NCBI RefSeq assembly: GCF_006345805.1
Contig: NC_043002.1
Location: 4,216,001-4,280,000 of the forward strand
Reading direction: 5' to 3'
Length of the DNA stretch: 64,000 nt
From: Octopus sinensis
Taxonomy: Eukaryota
Made by a program: the position numbers and the translations under genes. Shown here in pieces: positions 12,194-23,769 of the stretch; within the stretch, counting starts at the first letter, position 1, and each line of letters starts with the position of its first letter. The notes beneath the pieces were generated by a model, which saw only the letters and a program-made list of their open reading frames with translations, was not told the origin of the DNA and searched no databases.

Positions 12194-12578
12194 CTCTTTA
12201 CTCTTTTACTTGTTTCAGTCATTTGACTGCGGCCATGCTGGAGCACCGCCTTTAGTCGAGCAGCTCGACCCCGGGACTTATTCTTTTGTAAGCCCAGTAC
12301 TTATTCTATCGGTCACTTTTGCCGAACCGCTAAGTAACGGGGACATAAACACACCAGCATCGGTTTTCAAACAATGCCAGGGGGACAAACACACACACAC
12401 ACATATACATATATACGACAGGCTTCTTTCAGTTTCCGTCTACCAAATCCATTCACAAGGCATTGGTCGGCCCGGGGCTATAGCAGAAGACATTTGCCCA
12501 AGATGCCACGCAGTGGGACTGAACCCGGAACCATGTGGTTGGTAAACAAGCTACTTACCACACAGCCACTCCTGCGCC
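12194..12578 (-). mobile_element. SINE family B, full length
   Basis: Head GGAGTGGCTGTGTGGTAAG..GGGTTCAGTCCC, internal (TA)/(TG) microsatellite, 3' GGCGGTGCTCCAGCATGGCCGCAGTCAAATGACTGAAAC and a (GAGTAAAA)-type tail. Confidence 0.92.
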
Positions 12579-13026
12579 TTATTATCTTAATTTTTTTTTT
12601 AATAAAATAATGGAAAAAAAAAAATAAGGCATTCTGCCAATAATAGTTTCATGTACTGATAATGTTGAAAAAAATTGATAATATATTTTTAAATGACTTA
12701 TTTAAAATTTAGAGACGAACTTAAAACGAATAGTGTGTAAGAGATGTTTAATGGATTTGATTACTTGAAGAACTACTGAAGGAAGAACATTCCAATAGAA
12801 ACGTGACGAAGCGAACGAGGCATGGAAGTCCGTTGTGTATGTCCGTTCTTCGTTTTTGGTCTCTTTTACGAAAGACTTGCATCACTAATTTATTATAAAT
12901 GTAATTTAAGTTTGATCAAATTCAGCATTGACCAACATCAATTTTACAGTAAAAAAAAAAAATTGAAATTCAGATACATACCTTATTATTAAATAAATAC
13001 TATCGGTTTGTGATCAATTTTTATCA

Positions 13027-13099
13027 GCCGAAATAGCTCAGTTGGGAGAGCGTTAGACTGAAGATCTAAAGGCCCCCGGTTCAATCCCGGGTTTCGGCA
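13027..13099 (+). tRNA. tRNA-Phe(GAA), isodecoder variant
   Basis: Intact cloverleaf with two T>C changes (variable loop and T-stem 5' arm); T-run at about 13117. Confidence 0.95.
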
Positions 13100-14585
13100 T
13101 CCGGCGGCTGATAATATTTTTCTTTTTAGATACATATTTTTTCTTTTTTTCAGTAGTTTTTATTTGAGTATATTGGCGTTACTGCCCCGCCCATCCTGTT
13201 TTGTACATCACAATAACACGTCACAATTTTTACTTTTGCATTGGAATATGTATTCCTTGTTCGATCGATGGATAAGATTTTTAGTCAAGTTTCGTTTTTC
13301 ACTGCAACTTAATCCGCCTTTTCACACTTTTATGTCAGTTTGGTAGAATTGCGCATCACTTTTGCTTTCACTTCGCTCCGATAACCGATACAAACTCTAC
13401 ATGGAGCCATCACAAAACTTACAAATCTACGCAGAAAAGACACGATGTCTTCAACAACAAACTAGTTTTCACATTTCCTATCCTAATTACAAATCAATGT
13501 CAAAGCTTTTGACTCCATACCTGCCTTCCATTCATCCAAAAAATACCCAATTCTACCCCCAAGCAACTACAAAATGTTGGTAAAGCATTCCCAGAATACG
13601 TAATTTTCCTTTCACTTTCCCTTTTAACCTATACCTACACGATTTGCCCACACCTTCATAAAACATACTGACAGCCTTATACGCAGTGTATAATAAGCCC
13701 TATCTGGTCGTGAGGGCTGACCATGTATTTTCGTTTGTTTGTGCAGGCGTGGGCAAGGATTAAAAAAAAAAAATTTGTAGAAGACTGACAATTATCCGTG
13801 TTAACAAGTCACCTCTTTTTACATCATCGATATGTCTAAGAGGAAGGCTGCCGCTTTGGGCCGATATAATTTGGCATCAGCGTCGATGCAGGCTTTGCCG
13901 TCAGAACGAAAAGAATCGCAACTGACACCACAAAGCAAGGCATACAGACGACACTTTAACAGTTTCACCAATTCATCGTCCAGAAAAAAAAAAAAGCAAA
14001 ATGAAAGAAAAAACAGCAAAAATTAAAAATTAAGAAATACACGGAATTAGAAGCAGCATTAATCGCCCCATTTAGCCCCAAACATTGTGCACAACAAGCA
14101 GAGTGCACACTAATAAATACCTTTAACGATTACTGCTGAGAAAAAAGCAACGGTCATTCCCCCGATTGAAACGACCCTGCCCAACTTCACTGTTGCTACC
14201 CCAAGGAGCCATGTTCAATCCCAGACCCTTGCTCATACATCTGCACGCTGTTGTAACGTATCTAATTTTTTTAGACCATATCATTCAATTTGAGGGATAT
14301 TTGGCTGATAATTCTAGACATTGCTCAAATAAAAGATATATAATCGTACCCGACCCTAAACACGAGTTACAAGCAATCGCTTCACAATCGCTCAAATGCT
14401 GGGTTTTATTGCAAACGGTAACCAGGAATCTTTTCAGGCTGAAACACATCCTTAACGTAGGACCGCATCTTAACAACTAGCCCTTCTCTTCGGAGCCTGA
14501 AGATATTTCACCCCACCCCCAATTGTCGACATTCTACAGGGATTAGGAGGAGCCCACAATAAATTATTGCTTCCATATCTGAGAT

Positions 14586-14973
14586 GCTGTTGCTGTTGCT
14601 GTTGAGCGAAGCGGTCTTCGTCCCAGAGCTCGCAAGATGGGAGAAGTCCGAAACGTGGTCCTTTGCTATTCGTAAGACCCGCAGAAGAGAAAGCAGGTCA
14701 ACCCCCGACACCGAGAGCATCGACGGATGGATGAATGCGCATCCAGGCTCAGCGGTTGCGTAGGAAGTTGGGGACGAGAAACAGGAAGAAAGAGTGAGAG
14801 AAAGTTGGAGCAAAAGAGTACAACAGGGGTCGCCACCACTCCCTGCCGGAGCCTCGTGGACCTGTAGGTGTTTTTCACTCAATAAACACACACAACGCCC
14901 GGTCTGGGAATCGAAACCGCGATCCTCCGACCGCAAGTCCGCTGCCCTTACCACTGGGCCATTGCGCCTCCAC
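14586..14973 (-). mobile_element. SINE family D
   Basis: tRNA-like head GTGGAGGCGCAATGGCCCAGTGGT.AGGGCAGCGG..TTCGATTCCC, about 390 bp, with an (AACAGC)n tail. A second copy lies at 47140-47542. Confidence 0.85.
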
Positions 14974-15779
14974 TTGCTGCTGCTACTGCTCACACAGATA
15001 TCCCAGACCGTATTTCAGAAAAGAAACACTCAACTTATTGGCATAAAGTCACTCACTGACATGGGATATTTTCAATCTCGAAACTTCGGATACTGGTTGA
15101 ATGTCACACAACACGAAATAACTTCTAAAATACAAAATTTTGTCAAAAACGTTAAAAGTAAACCGTGTTCTATGCGACACATTCAACCAGTATCCAAAGT
15201 TTCAACCAGTTTAGTTAAAAAAAAATTAATTAAAAAATCTGCGACTGAGATTGAAAAAGACCCCCTGACATGTTCCTATTTTTGGCCCACGTACCCGTTG
15301 CCTCCTTTCTTTGTCTTTTTGCCAGGACTATAATCTCTCTCTGTTCCTCTGAGCTGTCTGATCTCACGCCAAGTCTGCTTAGGTATTCCTGAGACTTGCT
15401 CTATCTTCCTCTCAATAACCTTGTTCTGTCCAACCCTCTGAGACCTCGCACTGTGTCCAGTCCTTCCCTCCCAGAACGCCTCCCCCCCTCAAACTTCCGC
15501 TCTCATGTTTTCCTCGCAGGTGTTGATTTGCAATGGTTCAAGAACATTAATAACAACTCGCTGGTCATCGAGGGCCCTTTCCTCCAGATCCAGCAATTAG
15601 AAAAAAACAAAAAACACAGCAGAAACAACAAAAAACAACCCACCAGGTGAAGGATAATGAAAAGGATCCTTCAGCGGTCCAAGGTCGTCACGAGGGTCCT
15701 CTTTGTCTCTTGAAAAGATTTATGAAACCTCCTCTCTCCCCTCCTCTCAATTTGTCTTCTATTTCTTTTCACTCTTATT

Positions 15780-16175
15780 CTTTTCTACTCTAGGCACAAG
15801 GCCCGGTAGTTTTGGGGAGGGGGCCAGTCGATTAGACCGACCACAGTACGCAACTGGTACTTGATTTATCGACCCCGAAAGGATGAAAGGCAAAGTTGAC
15901 CTTGGCGGAATTTGAACACAGAACGTAAAGACGGACGGAATATCTATTTCTTTACTACCCACAAGGGGCTAAACACAGAGAGGACAAACAAGGACAGACA
16001 AATGGATTAAGTCGATTATATCGACCCCAGTGCGTAACTGGTACTTAATTTACGACCCCGAAAGGATGAAAGGCAAAGTCGACCTCGGCGGAATTTGAAC
16101 TCAGAACGTAACGGCAGACGAAATACCGCTAAGCATTTCGTCCAGCGTGCTAACGTTTCTGGCATCTCGCCGCCT
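15780..16175 (-). mobile_element. SINE family A dimer
   Basis: Two cores (GCCGAGGTCGACTTTGCCTTTCATCCTTTCGGGGTCGATAAA; recalled as Deu/Nin-like) joined by the gtagtaaagaaata|g.tatt junction. Confidence 0.88.
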
Positions 16176-17673
16176 TCTTTTCACTCTTATTCTCTCACCC
16201 CCGCCACTCTAATTGTATTTCTCTCCTTTCTTCTTCCTTTCCCTTTAAGAAGTATTTATCTGCTGTATTCACTGAATATCACCTTTTATCAAAGCTTCTT
16301 TGGCACGTGTCATGTCCGGGAATTTTATGTTATATCCCAAGTCAACTTCGATCGAATAGATCTTTATCTCACGGCATTCCAGATGAGATCATCCCATCTT
16401 GATATTTAGGCTTAGTGTATCTTGGACTATATTTTCGACTGTACCTTTCTTTTCAAAGGTGGGAGAGTGTGATTTGAATACTTAGCTGCTATTTCTAATA
16501 GTTCGAGCGACAGCATAAAAGTTCCTTCGTTTGTTCGGGGAATTTTGTGCCTAATATCGATGTTCTTTTTAATCGACCCAGGGAATGCTATAGTTTGTCT
16601 TCCCTGACTATATTAAGAGATGAACGAAGGGAACGACCTCTCAACAGTGGGGGACCTACTTGTGGACTTTACTGAACGACTGCCCAGTTTCTATCGCTTT
16701 GTCAGAAAACAGTGGACATAGGTAAACAGGCTGGGTCAGCTTACGGCAGAACAACAGCTGACCGGTATTGGTGAGGTTATCCTAATTCACCAATATGTCA
16801 GATATCACCATGAGCTATAGACCACACCGTGTTGCATTGTCCAGTACTTTCGATCCCGGGCTTCTATGGAACAACTCGTGATGATGACAAGGTATGTACC
16901 AACTGGATTTTGAATGCAAATTTAGTCGTGTAAGAAACTATATGAAACGACTTTTCAATGAACCAATGAGGGCGTCTGCATATGGTCACTCGACCTGCAG
17001 GAAATAGCTACCAGAGGTCCAAACAATCATATCCCACCATCTAAAATAAGACACATTCAACACTGTAGTCATTGAAATACCAAAGGACGAGATATTTAGG
17101 ATTGTGAGAGGTTTTATGATCGCTCTGCTCGATCAGGATTGACTGGAGACAATATAAGAACAGCTGAAACACGTATTTTCTCTTCTACTTTTCGATTTGT
17201 TTTCGGTTGTCTTTCATTGCAGAAAGTCTTTTCGTGTCCGAACAATATTCGAAGATCGTTCTACGAAATAATATTTCCTCCGTATACTAACGTTTTTATT
17301 TAAAGATATTTATTTGAAGATATAACTTCCACGGTTATAGAAACCAAATGTGTTTCTTTCGATGGAAATTATTCAACTATTCAAAATTTCGACGTTAATC
17401 CGTTCACTGTTATCCCAAACGCTGACGATGACGTCACTTGGTTCTTTTTGCATCAGATTATTTTCCTATTTGCATAGAGACAAGATCGTAAACAAAACAA
17501 GCCATTCGAAAAGAGTCGGAGTTTTTCTTTTTTTCTCTGCCAGCTGTTTTGAAACATTTAAATCTGTTCATTTATGTAAATATTTTGAGCAAGAAATGTT
17601 TCAAACTAGCCTCGGAAGCTGCTTTTTATTTTCTCCATCTATTGCTTGGTAAAGATCTTATATTTACGTACAG

Positions 17674-18291
17674 AACAAGTACAAACGGTTGGTTTTTAAG
17701 TTTATGACCAAGTGTGTATCAAAGAAAAGCAGTAGAGATTGTTATGCTGGCATCCAACAAGATTTATCCCCCAGTTCCCGAAAATCAGGAACGTATTGCC
17801 CGAACAACGAGTTTCTGAAATTATTACAGAACAGCTCGCAATCTTCCATCAGCGCGGAGATGAACACCATGGAGGTACCGAGTTCAAAGATACGAAACAG
17901 CATGTCACCAAATCTAAAATCGATTCTAAAGAATCCTCTTCAGATAAAACAGCGACATAATCCACACGAAACGATCAAAAATAGCGAAAAAGAACTAAAA
18001 GTAAAGAACACATCGGGGAAAAGCGGCAGGAATACGTCGAAGAAGAGTTGTAAGGGACCTTTCGTGCCATTAATGGAATCAACACTTGAATTGAAGCAGA
18101 AAGCGCAAGATTTGTCGAAGGAATCGTTGTCGAATCGAGTTCAGCGTTGGCTGGAAACTGTTGTGATCCCAGATCACGATGTATCTTTGAAAACGGGTCA
18201 TCCCCCAACACAAAAGCAGAAGTCATACAACCGACACGACCTTAATTCCTCCAGCAGGAAATATGGTAACAGCACTATAAAAAAGCAGTAA
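17674..18291 (+). CDS. Orphan Ser/Lys-rich ORF, about 200 aa (possible terminal exon or single-exon gene)
   Basis: Stop-free, non-repetitive frame in AT-rich DNA (ATG at 17704, TAA ending 18291). A possible phase-0 acceptor tttacgtacag| precedes 17674, and a decayed paralogue lies at 19445-19750. Confidence 0.5.
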   Translation, partial: NKYKRLVFKFMTKCVSKKSSRDCYAGIQQDLSPSSRKSGTYCPNNEFLKLLQNSSQSSISAEMNTMEVPSSKIRNSMSPNLKSILKNPLQIKQRHNPHETIKNSEKELKVKNTSGKSGRNTSKKSCKGPFVPLMESTLELKQKAQDLSKESLSNRVQRWLETVVIPDHDVSLKTGHPPTQKQKSYNRHDLNSSSRKYGNSTIKKQ

Positions 18292-19079
18292 AAGTGTCAC
18301 CATTCTTTCTGTGTTATGATTTTTATCCTCTCCTCTTCCAAATTCTTCCCGTGTTTCCTGTAATTTCCTCGCCTCTTTCTCGGTCATTGTTTTTGATTTG
18401 CTCCGACAAAAAAACTGTATAAATGATTGTTGTTAGTATTTTTTTGTTGTTGTTTACTTAAATGACCCTTTAGATAAAAACATTTTGTTACCCGTGTTAG
18501 TGGTGTGTTGTGGTGGTGCAATGGTGGAGATGGGACGTGGCGCAGATCTATCTATAAAAGTATACCTGGTTTTGTTTGGTGGTTCGGATGCTGGGCGAAT
18601 ATGGGTGCGGAGACATTTGTTGACAGGTGACATGTTGGTGCCAACAATCAACAACTGGTGCCAGCACAATTACTACAAATCCATTCATGCCCAGAACACA
18701 AGTTCCTAGACAAATATAGCTTGCCCTGTGTGGACCATAACCCTAAGTATATAATATATATTGTTATATAAATAGAATTAACAGGCAAAGTTAATTTATT
18801 TAACTTCTGACATCTTTAAACTTTTCTCTCTTGCAAAGTGAAGTGGGAAAAAAGAAATTAATGGACCGGTTTATTTATCATCGCCGCTGCTAATTGCCAC
18901 CGTTGCCGCTACCACCACCGTTACCACCACCGTTACCACCACCATCACCACCACCACCACCATCAGCAGTAGTAGTACCACTACTATCACTGATTCAGAA
19001 TTATTGTCGGTGTGTATGTGTGTGAGTGCACGTGTGCCTGGTTGTATATGTGTGTGTAAGCGCGCACATGAAAGCAAGC

Positions 19080-19345
19080 GTGTAAAAGGTTTCTTCTTTT
19101 TTTATTGAGTTCATCTGACTTCGATGCGGTCACTGTTCCCCTTAAACAGTTGCAAGTCGACGGCAGTAGGAAGAACATGAGCAAGACGGGGGGGGGGATC
19201 CCTCTGGAATGCCCACTCTGGGATGGAAGGACTGTCTATACTGCTTCCTACTGTGCCTGGGTAGGTGAGGGCGGAAGAGACGAAGGAGTCGTTCGGAGAC
19301 GATACGGAAGCAGTCATCTTCAAAGAACAAGGGTCACTATGATGG
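19080..19345 (-). mobile_element. Degenerate Penelope-like 3' fragment (tentative)
   Basis: Weak resemblance (MTASVSSPNDSFVSSALTYPGT; LQLFKGNSDR) to the linker/GIY-YIG region of Penelope-like elements. Confidence 0.3.
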
Positions 19346-19444
19346 ACACGATAGAGATCGGAGGTCGGGAGAGCAGGCAGAATGGCCAGGATAGAGATCG
19401 GAGGTCGGGAGAGCAGGCAGAATGGCCAGGATCAAGAGTATATT

Positions 19445-19750
19445 AAAGAAACAGTAGAGATTGCTATGCTGGCATTCAGGATTTAATTTTTAGTTCTGGG
19501 AAATCGGAAACATTGTAGTCCCAACACAGATTTATGAAATCATGACGATACATCATAGTCTTTCGGCAGTTCCGAGATGAACATTATGGAGGCACCAAGT
19601 TCAAAGATATTCACATAGCATTTCATTAAAATTTAAAATCAATTCTTTAAAACTTTCCGCAAACAAAACAGCGACGTACTGCTAATGGAATGTGCAAAAC
19701 GAATGAAGAAGAAGTGAAAGTGAAGATCGGGAGAAAAGCGCCAGGAATAG
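19445..19750 (+). pseudogene. Decayed paralogue of the 17674-18291 ORF
   Basis: agtagagattgctatgctggcattca, gagatgaacattatggaggcaccaagttcaaagata and aaaacagcgac align to the ORF but carry stops and frameshifts. Confidence 0.7.
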
Positions 19751-19759
19751 GTGGTATGG

Positions 19760-21780
19760 GTTAGAGGAGTGCCTGCCATTCAGTTTGAATGGTTTTCGGT
19801 TGAATGGAGTCTCGGTTGACTCGGTGCAACAAACGCAGTCTCGGTGTAACAACTGTACTGTTCCATGTTATGGGAGTAGCACTCCATTGTCAGTCGCTCT
19901 CTGAGCTTTGTAAAGTATTAACATATGCTCTGTGAGTGTGTGTGAAATATAGTCTTTGTAAAATGTCTTTGCTATGTTGGTGATGGTGATGATGTATAAT
20001 TCAGAGGAAAAATCCTGAGTGATAGTGGCAACGTGTTCTAGGCTGAGTATGGATCATGGATCGTTGGAGAGAATTAGGAAGGAATTCAAGGAAGTGCGAA
20101 GGAACATGCGTTGTTGGATGTGATGGTAAATAGATCATTGATGTATAGAAGGAAAAAAGAAAGGAGGATAAACGAGAGCCCTGCAGAACACCAGTGTTGA
20201 TCGAGAGTGGGGCCCAAAGAGCTCTGTCAACACGTCACAATGGAGAGAAAGGTGGAGCCTGGACGGGAAAGTTTTGTTAGATTTGCATGTTAAACACGGT
20301 TGAAAGTTTTGTTTTGTCCAGAACAACAGCCTCGTTTCACTGAATGCATTCAGGCAACCAGTAAGAGAAACCTAAGGCGGCGAGCTGGCAGAAACGTTAG
20401 CACGCCGGGCGAAATGCTCAGCGGTATTTCGTCTGTCGCTACGTTCTGAGTTCAAATTCCGCCGAGGTCGACTTTACCTTTCATCCTTTCAGGGTCGATT
20501 AAATTAAAGTACCAGCTACGCACTGGGGTCGATGTAATCGACTTAATCCGTCTGTCTGTCCTTGTTTGTCCTCTCTGTGTTTAGCCCCTTGTGGGTAGAA
20601 CAAAAAAAATAGTAAGAAACCTATGGTTATTTAAATGTTAAAGGAGATAACTCAAATAAGATTAGTTGATTTAAATTTTTTAACAATATAGATAAGTAGT
20701 TCTTGAACGATTCGTCGCAAGAATTTCTAAAAGAGCAATTTCCCCAACTTGCAGTCGTCGAGAGTGCTATTTATTCTTAAAATAAGTCTCGAAAATTTAC
20801 CTTGCGCAGCATTTTTCTTAAGCCTGTTTTAACCTCCAGGGTCGGGGTTATCTATACAAAACTTACCATAACTCTACTGTAAAAATGAAAGAAAGCGTGA
20901 GTATACTGATGAGTGACATAAGAGAGTAGGTCTTCGGTAGATTTAGTTCTGGGGAAACCGTAACGCTGGTCCTCGAGAGAGATGTTGAAGGTGTTAGAGA
21001 ACGCCATTGTTAATGGATGTTTCCATTTTCTTAGAGACATTAGACATGCGAGCCATAGGACAGTAATTAGCCGGGTCAGAGGTTTACCTTTCTTTGGAAT
21101 GGGACACACGGATGCATGCTTCCAATTGTCGAGGTTTATTACTGTAGAAAGTGAGAGTGTGCGCTGGGTGAGTATAGGAGTAAGTTCTGGAGTGCAGTTA
21201 GGAGACAATGGCAGGAACATTCTCAGAGTCGGTAGCCTTGTTTGGTTGAAGCAATTGAATATTCTCATAGTTGGCGCGTATGTACGCAGGGTGGCGAGAG
21301 AAATTTCTAGCAGGTAGAGCGATTCTCATGTAAGAAGTCCTCATTTGGCAAAAAATGAGAGGGAGAAGATTTGCGGACGCTGTTAGATCGGTGAATTTTG
21401 TACAGCCGATGTATGGCATGAGCATCTGGAAGTCAGTAAGAGCAGGTAGCGATGTGGAAGACAAGGAGACCAGAAATTCTGCTTGGAATTCCAGCAACTA
21501 AGGGAACTCCACAAATTATACAAAGATCAAATTGTTTTGTTATCATTCAACTCCGATCGAGGAAATCCATCACCAAGAGGGATGCGGTCGTGATGATCAC
21601 GTCGCCCTTTTGTAAATCAAAGAGAGCATTGTCTAATGCGTTCTTCCATCTTTTAAGACGGTCGGATACAATTTGATATAATTTAGCTGCTGCTTCTAGC
21701 TGGTCGAGTGACCGCGTAGAAGCTCTCTCGTCCTCTCGACAAATTCCCTCGAGGAGACTGAAGTGATGTCACAGCAACCT
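19760..21780 (-). mobile_element. CR1/L2-group LINE (EN-RT), degenerate and interrupted
   Basis: WKHASVCPIPKKG..Q.YGF..KSTEDLLSYVTHQ (20850-21270), KTFNRV*HA..INTGVLQGS (20130-20325) and ILYKAQ (about 19920), interrupted by a SINE A and other sequence. Confidence 0.75.
20376..20612 (+). mobile_element. SINE family A, full monomer
   Basis: GGCGGCGAGCTGGCAGAAACGTTAGCACGCCGGGCG..GAGTTCAAATTCC head, core and ttagccccttgtggg tail. Confidence 0.9.
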
Positions 21781-22165
21781 TAATTGAATAGACCCATGAT
21801 TAAAGATATTCTGGCTTTGACTACCCTCGGACATTACGTATTCAAAACTACTTTGATACAAAATCAAATGCTTAGCTTCCTTTCTCAAACATTGTGTGTG
21901 ATTCGAGAGAGTGTTGGCTGTTATTTCTAGTTAGTCGATTCATTAACTCACTGAAATGGTAGCATCAAAACGGATGGCACGTTGGACATTTTATGGCCTT
22001 TTTACAGGCTAAAACTTGATTCCACGGCCATTATTTTGCAAGAGTTATGCCCCCTGGATTTGCGTCATATAAAATCGATCGTAACTGGAAGATTTTTGAC
22101 CGTAGGTCTCCTCAATGAGGACAGCAGACGTGGGTCCTCCTCTTCCTACCACCACCACCACCACC

Positions 22166-22199
<34 letters not shown>

Positions 22200-22303
22200 T
22201 CGGGGAAGTAGCAAAAGATGCAAACATCCGCGAGTAAACCAATAAATCGGTGCTTTCAAATAGAAATACCTTGTGGTATTTATTCTGTTGCCGTTGTAAA
22301 ATG

Positions 22304-22554
22304 GGTACTACTCGAGAACAGTGATCCCGGTGCGCGGGCTCGCGTACTCGCGCATCCGCGCCAGCTAGTCGTGACTAGTCGATCCTTACTTTGTGTTTTT
22401 GTGTTTTATTTACTTTGTTTAACAAAAATTATTTATTTTGTGTTTTATTTACTTTGCTAGGTAGTCGTTGTAGGATCGACTACCTACGACTAGCTAGCGC
22501 GGATGCGCGACTACGCGAGTGCGCGCACCGGGACCACTGTTCTCAAGTAGTACT
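22304..22554. mobile_element. Mutator-type MITE, copy 2
   Basis: Same TIRs as the 11401 element, with a perfect 9-bp TSD TGTAAAATG (22295-22303 and 22555-22563). Confidence 0.85.
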
Positions 22555-23324
22555 TGTAAAATGTAGTGAACCAGTGATTGTTGAAAGTCTGTGACCAGAA
22601 GTTCTGTTGTTTCCAAAATACGACGGAGAGCGGCATATCAAGAATAATATTTGGTTCGTTGCCAGAGATTCTAATGCTTTAGAGTAGGTTTTTGTTTTGT
22701 TTTGTTTTCTTAAATAAGAAAGCCCCAAACAAGGAGAGAAGCCACTTTGAAGGTGGAGAAATTAAAACGAAAGAAATGAATTTACTTTATACTCGAAAGA
22801 GTTCAAGTCATAGGAAGGAGGAAAATGATGAGATAGAAGAGAGTTCTGAAGTCTGGGAGTTCAAGGAAAAAAAAAAAAAGCTACGACCGTAGGAAGACTT
22901 CCTTGTTCGTGGAAGCGCAACAGAATTTGGATGAGGGATTTCGTGTCAGACGATGTGGCATAAAGTGGTCTGGAACACAGAGATAAAGTTCATTAGAGCA
23001 CTTCCTATGGCATGGAGCAGAATGCACAAAAGGAATACCAGTAATTCACTATTATTTGAAATATAATAGGGTTTCCCCTATGTAATGGACTGAGCTGAAA
23101 ATAATAATAATAATAAAAATTTGATCAACTGAGATTATTTCAGGAGGATTAAAAGTTAAGTAACTACAGTCAAGGGAGATAACTCAAGATTAGTTGATTG
23201 AAATCTTTGAACAATGTTGACCAGTGGTTCTTGGGCGATGCTCTGCTAGGATTTTAAAAAATGCAATTTTCCCAACTTCCAAGCATCGAGAATGCTATTT
23301 ATTCACGAAAACTTGCCGTACGCT

Positions 23325-23600
23325 GCATTGATGTATAGAAGGAAAAAAAAAGGAGGATAAACGAGAGCCCTGCGGAACACCAGTGTTGATCGAGAGTGGG
23401 GCCCAAAGAGCTCTGTCAACACGTCACAATGGCACGAAGTGATAGGAAGCTACTGATCCAAGAGAAGAGAGAAAGGTGGAACCTGTACGGGAAAGTTTTG
23501 TTAGATTTGCATGTTAAACACGGTTGAAAGTTTTGTTATGTCCAGAACAACAGAGTGGGGTTATCAATATAAAACTTACCATATCTCTGTACTGTAAAAG
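23325..23600 (-). mobile_element. Second copy of the CR1/L2-group RT fragment
   Basis: Near-identical to 20133-20325 plus 20840-20890, with about 30 extra bp. Confidence 0.7.
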
Positions 23601-23769
23601 TTAAAGAAAATATACCGACCATAAATGATCATCCGGATCCATATATTATTAAACCACCGACAAAATATCTTCAGGATTTATGCGTTTTTACATTGATCCC
23701 GTTTTCAAAATTTTCATGTTGTTAAATTTAGTGTGTGTCTTCGTCGTCTGGAAATGCTAATAATGAGCT

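Noticed and set aside
14166-15650. ORFs 14166-14480, 14508-14993, 14794-15333 and 15396-15650
   Set aside because: They overlap SINE D or lack recognisable domains, and there is no supporting paralogue or splice pattern.
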